Notes under the pieces: generated by a model
Seen by the model: only the letters and a program-made list of their open reading frames with translations
The model's database searches: none
What the model was told of the DNA's origin: nothing
Translations under genes and position numbers: made by a program
Shown: one piece after another, positions 1 to 12,330 of the stretch
Position numbering within the stretch: position 1 is the stretch's first letter
Layout: every line of letters begins with the position of its first letter
Assembly (NCBI GenBank): GCA_002633005.1
Contig: NMRA01000056.1
Location: 381,165 to 445,164 of the forward strand
Origin: Phoronis australis
Lineage: Eukaryota; Animalia; Phoronida
Length of the DNA: 64,000 bases
Reading direction: 5' to 3'

Positions 1-655
1 GAGATATCGACATTCATTACAAGCAAAGCATATGAGCACGCTAATTCTACTCGCGACATTCCTGCGTTTATGGAGCTCATCCTCGCTAATGATTTTTAAT
101 AGAGTACTGCACCCCCATAACCATTTTTGTACGAAAATATTTTTTTTAAAACGCCACAATAGCGAACTTTGAGCTAAAAAGGACAATAAAATTTAATCAA
201 GTTATATGATCTTCGGAGGAGAACGCCTTTTTCAACCAGAGTGTCTTCTTACAGGTCATGGGGTGACGTCATTGGTTAGTATGTTAGGTTAATGTTTTGT
301 CTTTCTTTAAAAGACAGGCAAATGACTGCGGGAATTTCTGAGAAAATGTATAATTAAAATGTTAGCATAACAAAACTGTTGTTTCAGAAGAGTAATACCA
401 AGTGAAATAACATGACACAACGTTGCTTCTCTCACCGCGTAAGGCACCAACTGAGAAAATTTGGGAGTTCAGAAATATTTGGAAATTTCGCTGTAATCGC
501 ATAATTTATGGACATGCGAGGAAAGCCGACGAAACGGAGAAAAAACGCGGCATAACCATGCTAGCCATTTATTAGTCGATTGCGTGACAGATATCAATAT
601 TATGTTAAGAAGTCGAATCACACTTTTAAGTTACAAAATAACAAATTACACTAAC

Positions 656-949
656 CGCTTTGATGCGTTGTGAAGTTGGTCTCGTGACTCCACGGTCCCG
701 CCATGTTGCCTACTGAGGCTCGAACTCGGAACGAGTATTTTGTGTAAGGCTTCAGACCTGTGAAGCAGAAGTCGCGACTATCGGATTCTTCGCTTGTAAC
801 ATCACTAACCAAATCAGTACTGTAAAGCTGAAATCCATATGCTGTTACAATTCCGTTTACTCGGAGACATTCCACCTGTTCCCAGACGAAAGTTGCGGAG
901 GAGTTCGTTATTTCAATCAAAGTCACGTTCCTTGGTGGCGCCGCCGGTG
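656..949 (-). CDS. Tie-like receptor exon: FN3 type A7 (last exon visible; gene continues off-window)
   Basis: tttcAG acceptor 951-950, GTTAG donor 655-654, 294 nt phase 1-1; APPRNVTL...W...GLKPYTKYSFRVRASVGNMAGPWS FN3 signature. Confidence 0.9.
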
Positions 950-1810
950 CTGAAATACACGAAATTAATACTAGCCGTCTTACAAAGGGCAACTGATTTT
1001 CAGTAATAGGTGCTGCTGGGTACAGAACACAATTACGCGCTATGCGCAACATGTCGTGCAAATGATACTAGAAATATGGAGTTTCCACCTCGCAGAAAAA
1101 AATAGATGATGGGATCAATGGAAAACAGCACATTTATTACCAGAAATCCACATGCAGAATTCCGTGCCTGTGAACAGCTGTTGAACACGTGGTATTTTAT
1201 GAAATGACGGAAACACGCAGGATTATTCGTAAATCTTCATTGTCTGTGCCCATCAACATCCAACCAGGAAAATTTCTGATGAACATTACAAACTGATTAA
1301 GTCATAGGCGGCGCACCATAGGGGGCTGGGGAGCTGTAGCTCCCCACTTTTTTCAGTGCTGCGCCGCCAATGGTCTATGGGTGGTGCACCGCACGGGGGC
1401 TGTTGGCTATAGCCTACACTTTTTTCAGTGCTGCTTATCAATGCTTAGGTGTCGGCTCTTTCACTTTGGTAGCGTGAGGAGACAGATTCCTCGAGAAGCG
1501 TGTACAGGATAGACAACAAATGTAACTAATGCTATGCACAGCAACCCATTTATCCTCAATTAGCAAATAACACCTAAAAAGACAGACGTTTGATTACAAG
1601 GCTAGTGTAGAAGCTTTAGACATTGGTGCAAAGTGCCACGTACGGCATTGCGAGACTATACAATACAGTGCATGCCTATTGTACAAACCGTAACGCAGAT
1701 GATGTAATGTCGTTAATAGCTAGGGTAATCGCATCCTACGTTGCACCTCCAGCAATCATTAACAGAATTACCTTTCCTATTAGGTGCTAGAGTTTCGAGA
1801 AAGCTCTCAC

Positions 1811-2413
1811 CTGTTTGACTCGTTGTTAAAGTAACAGTCGACACAACTCCTTTCAAAGTCGGCCCAACAGATCTTATAGATACCTCGTAGTCGGAAAAGT
1901 TATAGATATTGGGAATAATCGCCATCGTCTCGTTTTCTGTTTTCCATGATGTTTGCCTAATGTTTGAACGGGGACACCGAGCTCTCGACAGAACCTTGAA
2001 ACTCCATTCGTAACCTTGCAACTGGCAACCGCTATCATCTGGCGGATTCCACTCAATTCGCAAAGCCTGACTGATTTGGTGGATTGTGATGTTGTGCACA
2101 GGGTTCAGCTGGTTTTCCATAGTTTTTACCACTTTCTCGTCCCAATTGCTACAACCAGCAATCGTACAAGCCTGGACTCCCACAATGTAATATGTCCAAG
2201 GAGCCAGCTCAACAAAGGCGTGTGTGACCAAGTTATCAACGGATGATTCGTTGTTCCTATTCGCACTTGGACAATCTGGCTTGAGTGTAAAAACTTTATA
2301 ATTAAATTTAATGATGATTCCATTTTGTTGCACACATGTCGGTGAGTTCCAAACGAGGCTTGCTGAACGACTTGTAACATTTAAAACCGTCAGTGCAGGA
2401 CGACCAGTTGGTG
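1811..2413 (-). CDS. Tie-like receptor exon: two FN3 domains (A6+B7) in one exon
   Basis: tttccAG acceptor, GTGAGA donor, 603 nt phase 1-1; CVQQNG...LAPWTYY (A) followed in frame by DDSGCQL...SRARC (B). Confidence 0.9.
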
Positions 2414-2782
2414 CTGGAAAGGAAATGCTCGTATCAATGTGCGAAAACACAGGCTTTTAAGCAAAGAAATTATCTCCGCGTTTCACTGACTTGTAGCCGC
2501 CAGCGTCAGTTGGGACTAACTAGCTATTTGGCAATGAACTGCAATTCTGTACACAAGAGAAGTAATTACTACACGCGTTGAGTTTTCACGGACACTGAAT
2601 TGAACGAAACTCAGAACACCAATAACAGAATCTGATTCAGTGCATAGATCTCAAAATCCGACTCCATCATTAGTTGCACTGATGCTCATGGTTGCTTGAA
2701 GAGGTGGGCACGATTCAAGATAAAACGTTGTTTTCAGAAGAGTTCAGTTACGAGGGAAAACGTACATGTAGCCCCCAAATAC

Positions 2783-3088
2783 CTTTTTGGGAAGTCGCAA
2801 CTTTAACGTTTCTCTCTGCTCCCACCAGTACGTGACCTTTTGGTTTCACGTGCACCGCGTAAGTAGAGTAAGCGAAAACGTTTTCAACAGAGGCCCCTAG
2901 CGTGCTCTTGTTAACGAAAGTCCACTCCTCTGCAGGTGCAGTTGTATTCGTGCACTGTGCTCGTGATCTTAATTGAAGTCGCCAATAGAAACCTGAAAGC
3001 TGACACCCGTCGTCTTCCGGGGCAGACCAGGAGATCTTCAGGGTCGAAGAACTTTCGCTGACGTTAAGATTCGCTACCATTGGAAGAA
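2783..3088 (-). CDS. Tie-like receptor exon: FN3 type B6
   Basis: tttgcAG/GT bounded, 306 nt; WSAPEDDGCQLSGFYWRLQLRSRAQC...VKPKG. Confidence 0.9.
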
Positions 3089-3285
3089 CTGCAAATTGCA
3101 AAATAAATACGAATTCAGCTGTTCCAGTGGTTCCTCCAGCACCAGTTAGTAAGTATATTACATAATAACATTTGGCATTGTGCCAAAATATGCATGTTAT
3201 TGTAATCAAGCACATTGAGATGTTTGTCAACTTCATTTGTTTATATTTGTTTAGATTGCCTCGTGTACAAAAAGTTGGATCTTAC

Positions 3286-3588
3286 CTTCTTCTACTGTAG
3301 CAACAGTCATAGCAGTGCTCCATGGGCCGTGACCAGCGATTGTGTAGGCACGAACTCGAACTACATAAGAATTGTGAGGAACGAGTCCAGAAATGTTAAC
3401 AGATAAGTCCGTGAAGTTTTTCGTCGTATTGATGCTGGCCGAAGCACATTGCGATCCGTTGTTGAAAACGGAATATTCGTAGTTTAGTATTATTCCATTC
3501 CTGTCCTCACAACTCAGTTCACTGACTTCCAACTGCAGAGATCTGGCTTCAGAAGACACCACCGAAAATGTTACATTGCCGGAAGGTT
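3286..3588 (-). CDS. Tie-like receptor exon: FN3 type A5
   Basis: ttgcAG/GTAAGA, 303 nt; ELSCEDRNGIILNYEY...VRVRAYTIAGHGPWS. Confidence 0.9.
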
Positions 3589-4022
3589 CTGCAACAAAAC
3601 GCAACAATACGGTCAAGAGTGGTTTTCCCTATGAATACCATAAATATCACGTCGTATTGATCCTTTGACTATTTTGTTGATATCCGCCACTTCTGGTGGT
3701 GAAGTGAGTTGGTACAGAACAACCTACGTGTTGTAGGTATAGATGCACTACCCCATAACACTAGCTAACCATAGATGTTATCAATCTCATGTCAGATGTT
3801 AGAACGAAAACACGGTTAGTTGTAGTCCGGGGTTTGATGGCAGGTATCTTGAACAATATTTTCTTATAAGAATTAAATAATGTATAACATATTTATGAGT
3901 TAAAAGGTCTTTATTTGCCATTGGTCCGTTTCAGGTCGTTCAGGTCTACCGTGTGACATTATTAGCATAGCTATCAAACATTTTAACGCATTAAAATGCA
4001 TGCACACCCAAATGGGTAGTAC

Positions 4023-4328
4023 CTCTCTGCTTCGTTGTAACATTGACACTTTCGACGATACCAGGTAAAGAAGAGCCTCTAGGCTTCATGAAGATGATGT
4101 ATGTCGAATGGGCTGATATGCCAGAAATAGATGCACTCAGTGTGATCTCGTCGACGGAATTCCACTTGGAAGGTATTTCCAGAGAATAATTACACTGTCC
4201 AAGTTGTAGCAGAAGGTACCGCCATTGGAATCCAATGAGTTGACAACCATCATCAGGTGGAGCTTGCCAAGTGATTGTAACCTCGGACTCATTTTCCTCA
4301 GCGGTTAGATTTGATACCGGCCCAAGGA
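4023..4328 (-). CDS. Tie-like receptor exon: FN3 type B5
   Basis: tttttAG/GT, 306 nt; WQAPPDDGCQLIGFQWRY...GQC. Confidence 0.9.
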
Positions 4329-4710
4329 CTAAAAAGAAAGCTCCAATACATGCATCGTCAAGGCTGCATTTGTACGTGTGTAACTGTTGTGGCGCTACCA
4401 TTTTGTATACCGTTTTAAAGGAGAAGGGGGCCTTTTTCATGTCATTTTTAGTAAAAATACATTTCGCTGATTACCCTAGACATATGTTCAGTTCATTGAG
4501 GCTTCTCGTAATTTTGTTAATTTAGTCGTGCCCTACTCCGGGAGTGACGTTTAGGGGCATAAGAATTTCCCGCCTACTCCTTTAATCGCTCAAAATTCAA
4601 ATCAGTGACCTGATATTTTGGTCATCGTAACCAATGCATGTCACTACAATTAAACAAAACGAGATAACTAACAGCTGGATGTGTGCATTTAATTTCCACG
4701 ACGTACTTAC

Positions 4711-5010
4711 CCTCTTCCTTAGTGTGTGACGTGACTGCTTCGCTCCATGAACCCGGTCCTGCACTTGTGTAAGCACGGACGCGTGTTACGTACGCATTGC
4801 TCGGTACGAGTCCATTAAAAGCAGTCAATGAGGCATTGAAGAAACCAGTCCTGTTCAGCGTTGCCGAATCACACGATATGCCGTCGTTAGATATCGAATA
4901 TTCGTATTTAATTATCACTCCGTTTCTTTTTTGACAGTCTAGCTCATTGACAAAAATGCTGACAGATCTTGTCGTGGAAGAAATTGGTATCAACGTCACG
5001 TTCTCAGGCT
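4711..5010 (-). CDS. Tie-like receptor exon: FN3 type A4
   Basis: tccAG/GTAAGT, 300 nt; ELDCQKRNGVIIKYEY...RVRAYTSAGPGSWS. Confidence 0.9.
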
Positions 5011-5699
5011 CTGGATACAGAAACACAAACTGATCTACATTTTAAGTCTTGGTGGAAAAGTTTGATTTACTTCAGAGTCACTTACAGCATAAGACCTAAC
5101 GTAAAAGAATTCAAAGAACAAACTGGTATCAAGTAACATTCCGGGCACTAGATACAAGAAATGCTGTGTTTTACATTAAAAGTTACAATGGAAACATTTG
5201 GTAGGTTCTCATTGGCTTTAGAAGTATCAGTTTATAACCAGTCTGATCGGAAGGCAGACCCGACGCTAAAACACACGAAGACCTAGTATATGCCGCCTTA
5301 CGGCCTAAAGTGAATGTACAATACGCTAATGTCTGGCCATTCACGCTAAATCATCGTGGACGAATAGAGCATAAACCCAAATGGAGTCATTGGGATAAAG
5401 CCTCCCGTGGTAAATTGCAGTGTGATTTGTTATCGCAAAAAGAAGGCTGATCCAACGTCTGACTGGCGTTCACATGTGATTTTTTTCAGACGACGGATCA
5501 GACGTCCAATCTGCCTTCTGACTGGATGACTTATGAACGCTGTATCTGATACGTTTAAATTTTAAGTCTCGTTGAAAATACGTAAATATTCTGTATCCGG
5601 CTTTTAATCAGCATCAACTCTTTTTCAGTACCAATTAATCAAATTAAGCCACAACATTAAACAAAGGCTTTTGTTGTTTTCTGCAACTGACTTCAGTAC

Positions 5700-6005
5700 C
5701 TTTTTCTCTAGTAGTAATGTGGTACGTCTCCACTGCGCCAAAGAGAGAAGCGCCTTTCGGTTTTATATCCATGACGTAAGTAGAATGCGCGAAAACGTGA
5801 TAAATTGAAACATTCAAGCGGTTCATGTCAACATGTTTCCACTCCATTGGGGGTTGTGACGTATTGGCACATTGGCCACGTGACACGAGTTGATACCTCC
5901 AATAGAAACCAGTCAGTTGACAACCAACATCAGATGGAGTGGACCACGTGACCTCCAAAGAAGAATCAGTTTCCTTAACGTGAAGCAGTAATACGGACGG
6001 AAGGG
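5700..6005 (-). CDS. Tie-like receptor exon: FN3 type B4
   Basis: tctacAG/GT, 306 nt; WSTPSDVGCQLTGFYWRYQLVSRGQC. Confidence 0.9.
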
Positions 6006-6136
6006 CTGTAGAGAAGACGAAGAAATTTGCATCTAATGATGTTCGGATACCTTAACACAATCGAAATGTGCACTAGAATCATGAAACGCCTTGCTTTAAA
6101 GTAAGAATCATATGCTGTTTTTCAAACTTAACAAGT

Positions 6137-6450
6137 NNNNNNNNNNNNNNNNNNNNNNNNNNNNNNNNNNNNNNNNNNNNNNNNNNNNNNNNNNNNNNNN
6201 NNNNNNNNNNNNNNNNNNNNNNNNNNNNNNNNNNNNNNNNNNNNNNNNNNNNNNNNNNNNNNNNNNNNNNNNNNNNNNNNNNNNNNNNNNNNNNNNNNNN
6301 NNNNNNNNNNNNNNNNNNNNNNNNNNNNNNNNNNNNNNNNNNNNNNNNNNNNNNNNNNNNNNNNNNNNNNNNNNNNNNNNNNNNNNNNNNNNNNNNNNNN
6401 NNNNNNNNNNNNNNNNNNNNNNNNNNNNNNNNNNNNNNNNNNNNNNNNNN
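6137..6450. other. Assembly gap (314 N)
   Basis: run of N. Confidence 1.
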
Positions 6451-7050
6451 AATGGCGTAGCTAGGATTATAGCACGTCAAGGCAGAAGAACGGCTCTGTC
6501 TCTCCGCCATTACCTCCTTTCTGAACCCGTCTGTGTCACCTCCAGCCACGACAAATTTCGCGCCTCTCCCCCAGTCGTCACCATGCATGTACCGCCCCCT
6601 TCTGCTGTACCGCCCACCTGTCGAGGTGTTGCTTGAGGCGAAGCCCCCCCCCAACCCCCATACCTACACTAGCAAATGTCAAACTTACTCTATCAAACAC
6701 GAACCAAATTCTCCATGATGGCGAAGTCGTAAGGCAGAACACACAATCGAATTGCATGGCTAAAACGTACCGTTAGGCGGCATTGTTGGGAGGTTGAGGG
6801 ACGCGGTGGCAACTAAAAAATGAACTAGTGTTGTTGGGCGTAAATTTGTTAACGACGGAGCTGGACGAAATTGGGGATGATGCGGTGGGAGACAGAATTT
6901 GTAAGATAAGTCTTTAAGTACCAAAGCATACTTTTGTTCATGGATATGGATAAAAGTGATTCCAGTTCTGGACGCTGCTATTAAATCCGTCGGTAGCGAC
7001 AGTCGCTACTGCTGCTTACATAAACGCGATGAAGTATCAAATATGGTTAC

Positions 7051-7350
7051 CTTCTACTGCAGTTTTTATCGTTACATCATCACTCCAAAGACCTGGTCCG
7101 GCACTAGTGTATGCTCGAACTCTTACAGCGTAGACACTATTCGGAGCAAGTCCTGTGATTGTCGTGGACAGGGCAGTGAAGTTAACTGATCTACTGACAC
7201 GTGCTGATGAACACGCGCATGCTCTGTTGAAGACCATATACTCGTACGTTGTAATGCTGCCATGTCTTTCGTTGCAATCCAACTCAGTGACACCAATGTG
7301 CAAAGTTCTTGGTCTTAGAGAATCCGCTGTGAACACTATTTTCCCAGGCA
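7051..7350 (-). CDS. Tie-like receptor exon: FN3 type A3
   Basis: tttAG/GTAACC, 300 nt; ELDCNERHGSITTYEY...VRVRAYTSAGPGLWS. Confidence 0.9.
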
Positions 7351-7553
7351 CTAAATTTGAGGAATAACGAAACCTCTTCTAGAATTTTATTCATGTTGTA
7401 GGCATAGCTCCGACACAAGAGTATGCAAAGTAAATCGCGTGAACAATACTGGCAATTACGCAAATAAACTTGAAAATAAGAGATGAGTAAAAAACAATAA
7501 TTTATGGATTACGATTCACGTCAGCATAGCAGAAAATAAAACCGCACACGTAC

Positions 7554-7859
7554 CTCTATCCTTTGTCGTTACCGTTACGTTCCTCGCTTCACCAAATAAC
7601 GTATCACCTTTCGGCTTCACAGCTATCTTGTAAGTCGAATCTGCAAACACGTCTTGAATGGTAATATTTAAGGTACTTTTGTCGACGAGCTTCCACTCTT
7701 CAGGAATTCGGAGGGTGTTGTTGCACTGACCACGTGACACGAGCTGATATCTCCAGTAGAAACCAGACAGTTGGCAACTGTCGTCTGTTAGAGTGGACCA
7801 TGTTATCAGTAAAGACTTTTCGTATTCTCTAGCTTGTAATAAAGGAACTGATGGAAGAC
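7554..7859 (-). CDS. Tie-like receptor exon: FN3 type B3
   Basis: ttctAG/GTACGT, 306 nt; DDSCQLSGFYWRYQLVSRGQC...VKPKG. Confidence 0.9.
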
Positions 7860-7949
7860 CTAGAAAGGAACACACATTCATTAAAGATTTAGTACAGAGC
7901 CAAGAAGTATCGAAGTTCCTATTATCTCTTGTCTTTCAAAGAATGATAT

Positions 7950-9114
7950 ATATATGTATCACTATAATTTGGCGGTAATCTTTCTCGTATACGTATTTCG
8001 TTGAAGACACGACTTTGATCTGTTTGTAATGGTTTAATTTCAGTTCTTTCAAACTCTTGTCCTTACATCACAACAGTGCAATAAAAATCCAAACGACATC
8101 AGTAGGTAACATAACTTAAAAAGCGATATTTCGAGACACATATCTCATCTTTAGGCTACTATTTACAACTAGTCGGTTTGTCTCAAACGTTGAACAACAT
8201 TATCATGCACAAACATTTACTGGTAATGTTAAAAAAGTGTTCTACAAAAACTGCATGTCCTAAAGTTATGTCCAAGATGAACAAGTTCTAAAGAGCATAA
8301 TCTATAATAATGTAAGCGTGGTTAGTCCTAATGACAAACTAGATGTAATTATTTATTACAAGAATATGAAGACCTCTAATTTAGTGATGAGAAACAATAT
8401 TTGTCGTGAAAAGGTTTGCACTGTTGCTAGATGTAATGTTGTTTATGAGTTTACTTGTCCCGCGGTCGAATGTTTTCCGTCCTCATCAGAAACAAAATTA
8501 CATTGGGCACACAGCGTGTTCCTTGTCGTGACGACTTTCAATGCATTTACAAAACGGTTCCGTAAAAGACCATTTTCAAAACGTTCATGGTCGCAAGATA
8601 ACTCGTCGACAATACAGTCATTAGATATATTGAAAATGATGTACACAGGTTACGAACATTCAGAGTCGCTTCTAATAATGTTTGAAAAATCCAGTTTGAA
8701 TGAGCAGCTAACTGGAACTCGAAGGACTCTATCATTAATTAGGTGATCTGTAGATTATGTTGCGCAGCAACGTATGTATAGTAATATATGTGTGTTTTTA
8801 TCGTCACAGTTGCGCATACCAACTTCACGTGTTATATTTCATTTGGCATTTCTGATGTGCGTTTCACTGTGAACTAGTTGTAAATAGTAGCCTGAAAATG
8901 AGATATGTGTCTCGAAATATCGCTTTTTGAAATATGTTACCTACTGATATCGTTTGGATTTTTATTGTGATGTACAGACAAGATATCTACTTAGAGACTT
9001 GGAAAGAACTGAAATTAAACAAGTAAACACAGATCAAAGTCGTGTCTTCAATGAAATATGTATGAATATGTGTATCCCTATAATTTGGCATAAATCTTTC
9101 TCGTATACATATTT
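7950..9114 (+). mobile_element. Penelope-like retroelement relic (GIY-YIG 3' end) with inverted pLTRs, intronic
   Basis: NVVYEFTCP...NYIGHTACSLS*RLSMHLQNGSVKDH...ESLLIMFEKSSLNEQ (frameshifted, internal stop); ~7990-8173 is the inverted copy of ~8873-9062; ~48-bp direct repeat at 7950-7997 and 9066-9114. Confidence 0.8.
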
Positions 9115-9387
9115 GGTATTAAGGTGCCACCTCTCGGAGAAGGGTCCTGGGTAAATCCCTTTTTGCTCCCCGTAAATACTACACTGGTTGGTTTAAACAT
9201 TATTTTCCAGTAGATTGTAAGCATACGATTTATATCTTGGAAATGAATATGGCTGAAAGTTCGTCAATTTTGTCTAATAAAAATATGTATGGTTTGAGCC
9301 AACGTTTATTCATATGACCGCGAATACCGTAAGCACGTGGGAAGCATTCACCAGTGCAGACTATATATACAAGACAGAAATACCCAC

Positions 9388-9687
9388 CTTCTTCCAACGT
9401 GTCTGCTACGACGTCATCGCTCCATGGACCTGGTCCAGCTATTGTGTAAGCACGGGCACGAACTGTGTATGAAGTGTGTGGAACAAGTCCCATTATTGTC
9501 GTAGACAGATCTGTGAAATTGCCAATTTTGTTAGTGCGCGCGCTTGCGCACGAGCCGCCGTTGTTGAATACCGCATACTCGTACTGTGTGATCACACCAT
9601 TCCTATCTTGACAATCCAACTCACCGACAGACAGTTGTAGAGATCTTGTTTCAGAATACACATTTTCAACGGTGATTTTTCCAGGCG
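9388..9687 (-). CDS. Tie-like receptor exon: FN3 type A2
   Basis: ttttAG/GTGGGT, 300 nt; ELDCQDRNGVITQYEY...VRARAYTIAGPGPWS. Confidence 0.9.
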
Positions 9688-10184
9688 CTAAAATTGAAAT
9701 AACGCGATTACAGTAGGGCTAACTTTGCAAATTCATAACCAAAAAAAAACATTCACGTCAGTGGGGTTTTCCGGAACGTGCTGTGCTTACAATGGTTTCA
9801 ATGCTGCAACGTTGGTCATTCAAGTTGTAAATTCTAAAGCGAATCTAACTTTCTAGGATAGGCACTAATGCCCGCAGGCCTACTATACGTTACTTCGCCA
9901 ACTGTTGCACAATAACCAGCGGGCTACACAAAATCCACTCTTGTTTTTTCATCTCAGCCCGAATGCCTCAGGCAGAAATGATAGACATGTGCTATAGTGG
10001 ACGAGTTAGTTTTGAAGATAGCCTTCATATTTTCATGAAAACTATTCAGAGAGGAATCAAGTCCACTAACAGTGATTTAGTACATCGACAGGAGAGAATT
10101 ATAGCCTATAAACTTGTCTCGCTCTTTCTAATAGATTGAAAATTTAGCCACTGAAATTCGCGGGTGTGAGACGAGTGCGCTTAC

Positions 10185-10490
10185 CCCGTTCCTTTGTTTT
10201 TATGGTGACATTGACCACTTCCCCAAATAAGGTGTATCCTTTTGGTTTGATAGAAACTGTATACAAGGAATGGGCAAAGACTCCTTGGATGGAAATATTG
10301 AATGTATTTTCATCAACGCGCTGCCATTCTTCAGGTTGCAACTGAAGAGTGTTGCATTGGCCACGTGACACAAGTTGACTTCGCAAATAGAAGCCAGACA
10401 GTTGGCAACCGTTGTCACGCGGAGCGGACCACGTGACCAGCAAAGATGAAGCCATTTCGGTGGCACTTAGTTGTGACACGGAGGGAAGGC
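10185..10490 (-). CDS. Tie-like receptor exon: FN3 type B2
   Basis: tttttAG/GTAAGC, 306 nt; WSAPRDNGCQLSGFYLRSQLVSRGQC. Confidence 0.9.
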
Positions 10491-11008
10491 CTAAAAAAGA
10501 ATGCATTGAGCTGAGCAAGCATTGAAATGATGCAGATTTATGTAACAACATATTTTTATTTTTCATCATGTTACCATTCTGAAAATTCCTTTTCAAACCT
10601 AACGATATCAACCGTACGAGCCTCCGCTTAACATTGCCCATACCAGTAAGTCTTCACGTTGATGGCACAGAGTACCAAGAAAAACAAGATAGCTAGTCGC
10701 AACCTGAGATTCTAGCATGAACTCTGATGGTTAGAAATTTCCTAAACTCTTTAGTACAACGTATGCGTAGGGTCCAGAAAGAGGGATGTATGCAACGTTT
10801 CCACTGAATACCTCGTCTGCTGATTTTGCTCCAACAACGATTTTCTAGGTCGACTAAGGCTTTGTATTGGCTCTGAGGCAAGTCTTTAAGATTATAGTTT
10901 CTATCAGACTTAGGATGCAAGTAATTTAATATGAAGATATTTTTGAGAGTGATCGAAATACAGACAAAACAGTAAGTGAATACGGTGACATGGTTACATG
11001 GCAGTAGT

Positions 11009-11452
11009 ACGAAGGTGCACTAGTCCGAAGCTATATTGGTCCAAAAATTGATAAGATTTCGGACTCGGGTGTATTTTTCTTATAAGCAGTCATACACAAA
11101 ATTTCGGTTGTTAGTCACACTGGCACAGGTCTATCCACCAAATACAACCGCCCGCCGGATACCAATACACTTTGTGCGTCGAGCAAAAAATCGGACTTCA
11201 AAGCATCCCTTGAGTGGTTACTGCACAACATTCCTAAAACCAGTGCAACTCGAGTGCAGCGCTACACTTGCTACAATGTATCAGCAGGTTTCGTAGACGG
11301 CCCACAAAAATTGCATTGCTGATTCGTGGCTCAGTGCCACCTTACTAATGAGTTAAACCTTAACGGATTAGTGCACCTTCGGACAAGTCCACCTTCGGAC
11401 TAGTGCACCTTCGGACTTGTGCACCTTTGGACTAGTGTACCTTCTCACTAGT
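11009..11452. mobile_element. Non-autonomous element with 16-bp tandem units (CTTCGGACTAGTGCAC) inverted against its other end; Helentron/HINE-like MITE
   Basis: about 5 units at 11369-11452; reverse complement CGAAGGTGCACTAGTCCGAAG at 11010-11030; family assignment is inference. Confidence 0.6.
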
Positions 11453-11485
11453 GAGTTGCTCTTGGTGACGGTTACCAATATTTAC

Positions 11486-11785
11486 CTTCTTCCAGCGTAC
11501 TCATTAATACGCCATCACTCCAGGGGCCTGGTCCAACACTTGTGTAAGCACGAACTTTAATCATGTAAGCATTACTTGGGAGAAGTCCTGCGATTGTTGT
11601 GGACAGCTCCGTAAAGTTACCCGTTTTGTGGACACGCGCCGTGGAGCACGAGCTCCCGTTGTTGATAATTGTAAACTCATACTTTGTAACGATACCCTTC
11701 TTTAGTTGACAGCTCGTCTCGGTGATCGTTAGTTGTAGAGAATGGGTTGATGCAGATGAGGTAAATGCTGGCTTCACCGATAGTG
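11486..11785 (-). CDS. Tie-like receptor exon: FN3 type A1
   Basis: cttAG/GTAAAT, 300 nt; ETSCQLKKGIVTKYEF...KVRAYTSVGPGPWS. Confidence 0.9.
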
Positions 11786-12021
11786 CTAAGCAGGGAAGAA
11801 ATGTTGAACAATACAGCATAGCAGATCTGAGGACAAAAATAAGATTTTCACTAACTGGGTGATCAAATGAGTGCAATGAGTCGATTTTGAACTGTTGCTC
11901 AGAGCTTATGGCGACTCGCAGTTTTATTTATGTGGATTCTGATCTTTAGGCTGCATTAAAATTACCAGTTAATAAGCCTATCGCTTTGTATACATCATAA
12001 TCTAAAATGAAGTACACGTAC

Positions 12022-12330
12022 CAGCTTCCTTTGTTCTAACAGTGACACTGGTCATGTCTCCAGGCAGTGAAGGTACAACTGGCCTCACCGTTATCAAGTA
12101 GATGGAATAGGGTATAATTTCAGAGAGAATCACTTCACTAGTATTCCTGCCAACGGTCATCCATTGCTTGGCCTGTTGACCCGTTGCATTGCAGTGGCCG
12201 CGAGACACCAGCTGGTACCGCCACTGGAACCCAGTTGGGACAGTACAATACTTTTCGGATGACGCTGTCCACGAAACAGTAATGGCCGCGTTAACTTCTT
12301 TAGCCTCTAGGTTTTGCACAGAGATGGGAT
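12022..12330 (-). CDS. Tie-like receptor exon: FN3 type B1
   Basis: caccAG/GTACGT, 309 nt; WTASSEKYCTVPTGFQWRYQLVSRGHC. Confidence 0.88.

Noticed and set aside
6079-6654. Long ORFs of 174-191 aa
   Set aside because: Artefacts of the N gap
11369-11452. CRISPR-like or iteron-like 16-bp array
   Set aside because: No spacers; it is the end of a non-autonomous element
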